From positions 27,720-91,719 of the forward strand of contig JAOARL010000033.1 of assembly GCA_025210555.1 (NCBI GenBank): DNA of 64,000 nt. Reading direction: 5' to 3'. How positions within the stretch are numbered: position 1 is the first letter of the stretch; every line of letters begins with the position of its first letter. Position numbers and translations under genes: made by a program. The DNA comes from Clostridia bacterium (GTDB taxonomy: Bacteria; Bacillota; Clostridia; Lachnospirales; JAOARL01). The notes below the pieces were generated by a model, which saw only the letters and a list, made by a program, of their open reading frames with translations, did no database searches and was not told the origin of the DNA. Shown here one piece after another: positions 40,258-47,443 of this stretch.

Positions 40258-42261
40258 TTACAAATTATTTTTACTACATTTTTCATTTTTACAAATTTCT
40301 TTTTTATTTTTTCTTCCTTGCTCGTATAATATCTCTCCACACTCTTCACATTTTTTATCAAGAGGCTTCTCCCAACTCATAAAATCACACTCTGGATTAT
40401 CTTCGCATCCATAGTAAATTCTACCTTTCTTAGTCTTCTTAATATATACTTTTTTTCCACACTTTGGACATGGTACATCTAATTCTTCAAATATAGATTT
40501 TACATTTCTACATTCCGGGAACCCTGGACAAGCCAAAAATTTACCATATCTTCCATATTTAATTACCATTTTTCTTCCACAAAGTTCACAATCAATATCT
40601 GTAACTTCATCTTTAATTTCAATCTTGCTTATTTCATTTTCAGCTCTATCTACTAATTTAGCAAATGGATTATAGAATTCTTTTATTACTTCTTTCCATT
40701 CTATATTTCCACTTTCAATTTCATCTAACTTAGCTTCAAGGTCTGCTGTGAAATCTATTTCAACAATATCCTTAAAATAATCTTGCATTATATCATCAAC
40801 AATTATTCCAAGTTCTGTTGGATAAAACTTTTTCTCTTCTTTAAGCACATATCTTCTTTGCTGAATAGTTGATATAACAGCTGAATATGTACTAGGTCTA
40901 CCCACACCATTTTCTTCCATCTTCTTTACTAAAGATGCCTCTGTATATCTAGCAGGTGGTTTAGTAAAATGTTGACTCTTGTCAATTTTTACTTTTTTAA
41001 ACTTATCACCTTCATTTAATTCTGGTAAAAGTTCATCTTTATTTTTAGAATATGAATAAACTTTTAAATATCCATCAAATTTAAGTTTATTACCATTAGC
41101 TCTAAACTCATAACCATTTGATTCTGCTTTAGCCTGAACTGTTTCAAATATAGCATCAACCATTTGACTAGCTATAAATCTTTCCCATATAAGTTTGTAA
41201 ACCTTATATTCTTCTGGTTTAACTTTTTCTTTAATACTTATAGGTTCTTTTTCTGGATAACTTGGTCTTATAGCTTCATGAGCATCTTGTGCCCCTTTTT
41301 TGTTTTTACTCTTAGCTCCAGGTCCTACATATTCTTTCCCTAGATTGTTTTCAATATACTCTACAGCTTTAGTTCTTGCTTCATCTGAAACTCTATAAGA
41401 ATCTGTACGAATGTAACTTATATATCCAGCCTCATATAGCCTTTGAGCTATACTCATTGTTTTCTTAGTTGTATATCCTAAATTTTTAAAAGCTTCTTGC
41501 TGAAGTGTACTTGTTATAAATGGCAAATTTGGACTTCTTTTTCTATCTTTAGAAGATATACTTACTATTTCAAACTTATTTTCATCTATTTCATTTAAAA
41601 CTTTTTCTACTTCTTCTTCGCTTTTAAGTTCAACTTTTTTATTTTCTTTTCCAAAAAATTCAAAGTCTACTTTTTTAATTTTAGCATTAAGTTTCCAATA
41701 TTCTTCTGGATTAAAATCCTCTATTTCCATTTCACGCTCTACAACTAATCTTAGAGCCACTGATTGAACTCTACCAGCACTTAGTCCTTTTCTTACTTTT
41801 TTCCAAAGAAGTGGACTAATTTTATATCCTACTATTCTATCCAAAACTCTTCTTGCTTGTTGTGAATCTACTAATTCCATTTCTATCTCTCTAGGAGACT
41901 TTATAGATTTTTTAATAGCTTCTTTTGTTATTTCATTAAATGTTATTCTCTTATATTCATCAAGTCCTAACAAATACTTAAGATGCCAAGATATCGCTTC
42001 ACCTTCCCTATCTGGATCGGTTGCAAGATATACTTGTTTTGCTTTTTTCACTTCGCTCTTAATTTCTTTTACTTTGTCACCTTTACCTCTTATAGTTATA
42101 TATTTAGGTTCAAAGTCATTTTCAACATCTACTCCTAATTGGCTCTTCGGAAGGTCCCGCAAGTGTCCATTAGAAGCTATAACATTGTATGAAGATCCAA
42201 GTATTTTTTTTATAGTCTTTGCCTTTGCAGGTGACTCGACTATTACTAAATTTTTGGCCAT
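40258..42261 (-). CDS. topA: DNA topoisomerase I
   Basis: IVESPAKAKTI, ATDPDREGEAI, SAGRVQS, YIRTDS; C-terminal Zn ribbons. Confidence 0.97.
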   Translation of the reverse strand: MAKNLVIVESPAKAKTIKKILGSSYNVIASNGHLRDLPKSQLGVDVENDFEPKYITIRGKGDKVKEIKSEVKKAKQVYLATDPDREGEAISWHLKYLLGLDEYKRITFNEITKEAIKKSIKSPREIEMELVDSQQARRVLDRIVGYKISPLLWKKVRKGLSAGRVQSVALRLVVEREMEIEDFNPEEYWKLNAKIKKVDFEFFGKENKKVELKSEEEVEKVLNEIDENKFEIVSISSKDRKRSPNLPFITSTLQQEAFKNLGYTTKKTMSIAQRLYEAGYISYIRTDSYRVSDEARTKAVEYIENNLGKEYVGPGAKSKNKKGAQDAHEAIRPSYPEKEPISIKEKVKPEEYKVYKLIWERFIASQMVDAIFETVQAKAESNGYEFRANGNKLKFDGYLKVYSYSKNKDELLPELNEGDKFKKVKIDKSQHFTKPPARYTEASLVKKMEENGVGRPSTYSAVISTIQQRRYVLKEEKKFYPTELGIIVDDIMQDYFKDIVEIDFTADLEAKLDEIESGNIEWKEVIKEFYNPFAKLVDRAENEISKIEIKDEVTDIDCELCGRKMVIKYGRYGKFLACPGFPECRNVKSIFEELDVPCPKCGKKVYIKKTKKGRIYYGCEDNPECDFMSWEKPLDKKCEECGEILYEQGRKNKKEICKNEKCSKNNL

Positions 42262-42312
42262 ATCATCCTCCGTAATCTTATATCCTAATTTACTTCCCTT
42301 AAAATCTATACA

Positions 42313-42341
42313 ATAATATATTACTTTGTATTATATTTCAA
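42313..42341 (-). promoter_or_regulatory. Putative sigmaA promoter of topA
   Basis: TTGAAA-N17-TATTAT. Confidence 0.5.
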
Positions 42342-42349
42342 GAAAAATT

Positions 42350-43147
42350 TTAATTTTTTGTACATTTATACATATCTAAAACATCCTTATAGCTAGTAAT
42401 CATAGTAGCTCCATCATTTATCAAAAAATTTGTTCCTTTATGGTTAATTGAGTCCATTTCGCCTGGAACTACCATTATTTCTCTTCCTATTTCAAGCGCA
42501 TTAGCCACAGTTATAAGTGTTCCACTTCTTTCTTTAGCTTCAACTACTATTAATATTTTACTAAGGGCTGCTATTATTCTATTTCTAGCTACAAACTTCC
42601 ACTTTTCTGGTGGACTTGTAGGCATGTATTCTGTAACTAAAATCCCTTTTTCTTCTATATTATGCATTAACATTTTGTTCTTTTTAGGATAGCAGTAATT
42701 AAAACCATATGCAAGTACTCCTATCGGTAACCCTTTATTTTCAAAAGATCCCTCAAGAGCTATTGTATCTATTCCTTTTGCCATACCTGACACAAAGGCC
42801 ACCTCATCGTCTATTACTTCCACTATATTTTTAGTTACCCTTTTGCCATACTCAGTGTTTTCTCTGCTACCTATTACCCCTATTTTATATCTAGCTAGCG
42901 CACTGATATTACCCTTTACAAATATAACTATCGGAAAATCTTCAAGCTCTAATAACTCTTTTGGATAATTTTCTTCAAAAAAGCAAATATATTTACAATT
43001 ACTTTCTTTTATTTCTCTCTTTATTTCTTCTAAATTTAAATCAGAAAAATATTTTTCTTCTATATTAATATTTAAATATTTATATTTTTCTCTTCTTTTT
43101 ATTTTCTTAGTTAAATGTAACATCAAAAACATTTCACGCTTATTCAT
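42350..43147 (-). CDS. dprA: DNA processing protein DprA (short form)
   Basis: IGSR, VSGMAKGID, RNRIIAALS, VEAKERSGTLIT, GREIMVVPG. Confidence 0.92.
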   Translation of the reverse strand: MNKREMFLMLHLTKKIKRREKYKYLNINIEEKYFSDLNLEEIKREIKESNCKYICFFEENYPKELLELEDFPIVIFVKGNISALARYKIGVIGSRENTEYGKRVTKNIVEVIDDEVAFVSGMAKGIDTIALEGSFENKGLPIGVLAYGFNYCYPKKNKMLMHNIEEKGILVTEYMPTSPPEKWKFVARNRIIAALSKILIVVEAKERSGTLITVANALEIGREIMVVPGEMDSINHKGTNFLINDGATMITSYKDVLDMYKCTKN

Positions 43148-43230
43148 ACCTTCATCTCCTTTTTAAGAGATTATATGTATATTTATGTAAACATTTATAT
43201 ATATTCACAATAAAATGTTTTAACAAAAGA

Positions 43231-43257
43231 ATAAAGAGCATTTAGCATGCTCTTTAT
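43231..43257 (-). terminator. nrdG terminator
   Basis: ATAAAGAGCAT/ATGCTCTTTAT hairpin. Confidence 0.65.
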
Positions 43258-43946
43258 AATCCTTTTACATTTACTTTTTTATAATGTGTTTCTAATGTTT
43301 CCTTAAATTCATTTAGGGTTTCTTTTTCATGTGCCGAAAACCCACCAATAATTTGATCACAGTTAGGATTATATTGCTGAAGTGAATATGTTTCGCCTTC
43401 ACCTAACCACTCTTTAATTTTATGAATATCTTCTATGCTATGAAACTCTTTAATTACAGTAGTTCTGAATTCATGATCTATTCCACTATTTTTTATAAGA
43501 TCAACCGATTTTTTAATCTTATTTATATCAATAGCTTTTAACCCTACTGTCTCTGCATATTTCCCAGGCGAGTTTTTTATATCCATAGCAACATAATCTA
43601 ACTTTCCCGCTTTTAATAGTTTCTCTAGTACATCTGGTCTATATCCATTCGTATCAAGCTTAACATGATATCCTTTTTCTCTAACTTTATCTATAAAATT
43701 TTCAAGATTTTTATCCAACGTTGGCTCTCCACCACTTATGCATATTCCATCTAACATGCATTTTCTTTTATCTAAGTGTTTCAATATCTCATCTGTAGGT
43801 ATTGTATCCATCTTCATATGATTTTTCACAAGATCTTTATTATGGCAATATGGACAATTCATATTGCATCCTCCTGAAAAAACTGTTGTTACTACTTTAC
43901 TTGGTGCATCTACAAATGATGATTTCTGCCAACCGTGAATTCTCAT
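43254..43946 (-). CDS. nrdG: Anaerobic ribonucleotide reductase activating radical SAM enzyme
   Basis: CNMNCPYC, ISGGEPT, KLDTNG; adjacent to nrdD. Confidence 0.93.
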   Translation of the reverse strand: MRIHGWQKSSFVDAPSKVVTTVFSGGCNMNCPYCHNKDLVKNHMKMDTIPTDEILKHLDKRKCMLDGICISGGEPTLDKNLENFIDKVREKGYHVKLDTNGYRPDVLEKLLKAGKLDYVAMDIKNSPGKYAETVGLKAIDINKIKKSVDLIKNSGIDHEFRTTVIKEFHSIEDIHKIKEWLGEGETYSLQQYNPNCDQIIGGFSAHEKETLNEFKETLETHYKKVNVKGL

Positions 43947-43961
43947 TTTGATTCCTCCTAA

Positions 43962-46061
43962 TTAAACAACAAACTCTTTTCTTTCTTCATATTCCATCTG
44001 TTTTCCATCATTCCAGCAATGAACTGGTCTATGGAACCCTACTACTCTTGTCCAAACTTCCGTATCAGCATCACACTCTGGGCATTTGAACTTTTCACCG
44101 TTTATATAACCATGCTCTGGACATATTGAGAACGTTGGCGAAATTGTAAAGTATGGTAACTCATAATTAGTAAATACCTTTTTAATTAAGTTCTTAACAA
44201 CTTCGATATCTTCAATTCTCTCACCCAAGAATCCATGAAGTACTGTACCTCCAGTATATCTTGTTTGTAGTGCATCTTGCAAGTCAATTGCTTCAAAAAT
44301 GTCTACTGTGTGCCCTACTGGTAATTGAGTACTATTTGTATAATATGGCGTTTTTCCTCCTGCAGTTATTATTTCAGGATATTTTTCAACATCCATTTTT
44401 GCTAATCTATATCCAGTTCCTTCAGCAGGTGTTGCCTCTAAATTATATAAATTTCCAGTTTCTTCTTGATATCCCATTATTATTTCTCTCATGAAATCTA
44501 ATACTTTAACACTGAACTCTTGTCCTTTTTCAGTTGTTATATCTTCTTTATCACCAAAGAAATTTCTAATACATTCATTCATACCATTGAGTCCAATTGT
44601 TGAAAAGTGATTTTTCCAGTAACATCCAAATCTCTCATATACAGTATCTAAATAGTACTTACTATATGGGTAAAGTCCCATTTCCATACTTTGCTCTACA
44701 ACTTTTCTTTTTGTTTCTAATGAATTTTTAGCACACTCCATTAAGTGATTTAATCTTTCAAAGAACTCTTCTTCTGACTTCGATACATATCCAAGTCTAG
44801 GCATATTTATTGTAACTACACCAATACTACCTGTAAGCGGGTTAGCCCCAAATAAACCTCCACCTCTTTTTCTTAATTCTCTATTATCAAGTCTTAATCT
44901 ACAACACATACTTCTTGCATCTTCAGGTGACATATCTGAATTTATAAAGTTTGCAAAATATGGTATTCCGTATTTTGCTGTCATTTCAAATACTAAGTCT
45001 AAACCTTCTCTATCCCAGTCAAAATCTTTAGATATATTATATGTTGGAATTGGGAAAGTAAATATTCTACCTTTTGCATCCCCTTCCATCATTACCTCTG
45101 CAAATGCTCTATTTATCATATCCATTTCTTCTTGATACTCCCCAAAAGTTGTATCCTTTCTTTCTCCACCAATAATTACTGGTTCATTAGCGAGCATCTT
45201 AGGACATTCAAGGTCCATAGTTAAATTTACAAAAGGAGTTTGAAAACCTACTCTTGTTGGAACATTTAAGTTAAATACAAATTCTTGCATGGCTTGTTTT
45301 ACCTGTTTGTAATTTAATCCATCTTTTCTAATAAACGGTGCTAAATATGTGTCAAAAGATGACACAGCTTGTGCTCCAGCTGCTTCTCCTTGCAATGTAT
45401 AAAAGAAATTAACTAATTGAAGTAATGCCGTCCTAAAATGTCTTGGAGCTTTACTTTCAATTTTTCCTCTTACCCCACTAAAACCTCTAGTTAAAAGATC
45501 TTCAAGACTCCATCCACAGCAGTATGATGCAAATAATCCTAAATCGTGGATATGAAAATCTCCTGCTAAATGTTTCTCTCTAATTGTTTCATCATAAATT
45601 TTATTAAGCCAATATTCTTTTGTAACTTCCGATACTATATGATTGTTTAATCCCTGTAATGAATAACCCATATTTGAGTTTTCTCTAACTCTCCAGTGAG
45701 CTTGATCCACATATCTATCAAATGTATCCAAAACATCAACAAAAGCTTTCTTTCCTTCTCTTATGTTTTCATGAACATATCTATATTTTACATAGTGTTT
45801 TACTGCTTCTTTTTCTCCTGATTCTATAAGAACATCCTCTACAACGTCCTGTACATCTTCAATATTAGGTATTATTTTTTCACTATATCTATTATCAAGT
45901 TTATATAAAACTTTATCACTTAAAACCTCAGCTAATTTATTAAACTTTTCATCTTTATCATAATCGTATACATTCATTATTGCATTCTTTATTGCTTTAG
46001 TTATCTTTTCTTGTTCAAACCTTACCTCTGATCCATCTCTTTTTATTATAGTACTTATCAT
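43962..46061 (-). CDS. nrdD: Class III (anaerobic) ribonucleoside-triphosphate reductase with ATP cone
   Basis: ATP cone, SMCCRL, EATPAEG, YTGG, C-terminal CPEH..CPEC and glycyl loop RVVGF; alternative start 46070. Confidence 0.95.
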   Translation of the reverse strand: MISTIIKRDGSEVRFEQEKITKAIKNAIMNVYDYDKDEKFNKLAEVLSDKVLYKLDNRYSEKIIPNIEDVQDVVEDVLIESGEKEAVKHYVKYRYVHENIREGKKAFVDVLDTFDRYVDQAHWRVRENSNMGYSLQGLNNHIVSEVTKEYWLNKIYDETIREKHLAGDFHIHDLGLFASYCCGWSLEDLLTRGFSGVRGKIESKAPRHFRTALLQLVNFFYTLQGEAAGAQAVSSFDTYLAPFIRKDGLNYKQVKQAMQEFVFNLNVPTRVGFQTPFVNLTMDLECPKMLANEPVIIGGERKDTTFGEYQEEMDMINRAFAEVMMEGDAKGRIFTFPIPTYNISKDFDWDREGLDLVFEMTAKYGIPYFANFINSDMSPEDARSMCCRLRLDNRELRKRGGGLFGANPLTGSIGVVTINMPRLGYVSKSEEEFFERLNHLMECAKNSLETKRKVVEQSMEMGLYPYSKYYLDTVYERFGCYWKNHFSTIGLNGMNECIRNFFGDKEDITTEKGQEFSVKVLDFMREIIMGYQEETGNLYNLEATPAEGTGYRLAKMDVEKYPEIITAGGKTPYYTNSTQLPVGHTVDIFEAIDLQDALQTRYTGGTVLHGFLGERIEDIEVVKNLIKKVFTNYELPYFTISPTFSICPEHGYINGEKFKCPECDADTEVWTRVVGFHRPVHCWNDGKQMEYEERKEFVV

Positions 46062-46063
46062 AT

Positions 46064-46528
46064 TTAACATCTACCTTTCTCTTTTAATAGTGTTGAAATC
46101 TCATCCATAAATGTATCTATATCTTTAAACTTTTTATATACTGATGCAAATCTTACATATGCAACTTCATCAATATCTTTAAGTTTTTCCATTGTTATTT
46201 TTCCTACATCTTCTGTTGAAACTTCCTTCTTCATTAAGTTTTGTAAATCTTTTTCTACTTCATCTACTAACTTCTCAATTGTGTCTATTGACAAAGATCT
46301 CTTATTACCAGCTTTCACAATTCCACTTATTAACTTCTCCTTGCTAAATACTTCCCTTGTTTCATCCCTTTTTACAACAATTAAAGGTATAGTTTCTATC
46401 TTTTCATATGTTGTAAATCTTTCTTTACAGGATTCACACTCTCTTCTTCTTCTAATACTTGAATTATCATCAGAAGGCCTTGAATCAATTACTTTTGTAT
46501 ATTCATTACTACAAAAAGGACATCTCAT
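46064..46528 (-). CDS. nrdR: Transcriptional repressor NrdR
   Basis: MRCPFC...RRRRECESC..RFTTYE, VAYVRFASVY; ATG 46528 after AGGAG. Confidence 0.97.
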   Translation of the reverse strand: MRCPFCSNEYTKVIDSRPSDDNSSIRRRRECESCKERFTTYEKIETIPLIVVKRDETREVFSKEKLISGIVKAGNKRSLSIDTIEKLVDEVEKDLQNLMKKEVSTEDVGKITMEKLKDIDEVAYVRFASVYKKFKDIDTFMDEISTLLKEKGRC

Positions 46529-46541
46529 AAAACCACTCCTA

Positions 46542-46588
46542 CAACAATATTTTGTGTTGTATACATTTTCACACACAAGATATAGTAT
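46542..46588. promoter_or_regulatory. Tandem NrdR boxes
   Basis: CAACAATATTTTGTGT (46542) and ACACAAGATATAGTAT (46573) match acaCwAtATaTwGtgt, starts 31 bp apart; minus-strand TTGACA at 46588-46593. Confidence 0.85.
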
Positions 46589-46738
46589 GTCAAAATATAA
46601 AAAAGCACATTTTTGTTTGTTTTAACACATTTGCTTTTATTAACTTTTTTTTACTCCTAAATACTCCATTTTACTCTCGTTTTCGTTTTTGATTTTAAAT
46701 AAACCTTGTGGGAGTTCTTAATAATTAGTGCCTAATGA

Positions 46739-46753
46739 AATTGTCAGAATATT
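46739..46753. promoter_or_regulatory. Putative CodY box
   Basis: AATTGTCAGAATATT, 2 mismatches to AATTTTCWGAAAATT. Confidence 0.45.
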
Positions 46754-46775
46754 GTTTCCTTGAAAAACTTAATGC

Positions 46776-46808
46776 AAAAAAATAGCGAATATTTATTCGC
46801 TATTTTTT
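46776..46808 (-). terminator. Terminator overlapping 3' end of ArsR-like gene
   Basis: AAAAAATAGCGAATA/TATTCGCTATTTTTT hairpin. Confidence 0.7.
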
Positions 46809-47314
46809 CTATTATAAAATATTAAACTCGCCCCTGCTATCATGTTTATAAATCCTGCAATTACATTAGTATGTATATAATATTTCCCATCCTTGCTAAA
46901 TATAAATTTTAGTGATAACAGCGCATTTAAATGATGATATATTTTCCCAGTTGTAGAATATCCTAACTCATCCATAAGCTCATTAACAGTTTTAGCATTT
47001 TCAAGCAAAGATTTTAAAATATCATATCTACTTTCATTCCCTAATGCAGAGAAAACATCTGTAACTAATGAACTATCCATATTTAAAAGGCCTTTAATGT
47101 CTCCTGAATAATCCCATTGAGCATTATTATTCTCATTACTATAAGATCCCAGTGTCGCAAACTCTCTTTTTTTGCCATCTGTTCTTTCTAGAGCATTTTT
47201 TATTCTTTCCTTTGAAATGTTTTTTTCCTCTTCCGAACCATAATCTTTAATTAGTAATTTTTTTATTTCTTTTAATTCTTCTTTCAAATCATTAATTTCC
47301 TCTTCATAATTCAT
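46793..47314 (-). CDS. ArsR/SmtB-like winged-helix regulator with N-terminal coiled coil
   Basis: VFSALGNESRYDILKSLL...TTGKIYHHLNAL; start reassigned to ATG 47314 (AAAGGAG RBS, downstream of the promoter). Confidence 0.85.
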   Translation of the reverse strand: MNYEEEINDLKEELKEIKKLLIKDYGSEEEKNISKERIKNALERTDGKKREFATLGSYSNENNNAQWDYSGDIKGLLNMDSSLVTDVFSALGNESRYDILKSLLENAKTVNELMDELGYSTTGKIYHHLNALLSLKFIFSKDGKYYIHTNVIAGFINMIAGASLIFYNRKNSE

Positions 47315-47340
47315 CTTGACCATCTCCTTTTCGACCGTTT

Positions 47341-47399
47341 CGTAATTACGTAATATCATAATAACATCTTTCTCATTCTATGTCAACACGTAATTACGT
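47341..47399 (-). promoter_or_regulatory. sigmaA promoter flanked by two CGTAATTACG palindromic operators
   Basis: TTGACA(47386-81)-N17-TATTAT(47363-58) with TGn extension; palindromes at 47341..47350 and 47388..47399. Confidence 0.8.
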
Positions 47400-47405
47400 A
47401 AAAAC

Positions 47406-47439
47406 AAAAAAAGATGCCTCGTCTTTCAAAGGCACCTTT
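47406..47439 (-). terminator. Terminator of SLH protein gene
   Basis: AAAGGTGCCT/AGGCATCTTT stem plus T-run. Confidence 0.65.
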
Positions 47440-47443
47440 AATA

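Noticed and set aside
43962-46070. Intein or group I intron in nrdD
   Set aside because: Continuous ORF of normal length; no splicing or homing-endonuclease motifs seen
46529-46576. N-terminal extension of NrdR in the ORF track (similar extensions for HrcA, CheY and the ArsR-like protein)
   Set aside because: Downstream ATGs give the family-typical N-terminus or a better RBS; for NrdR, HrcA and the ArsR-like gene the extension overlaps operator or promoter sequence
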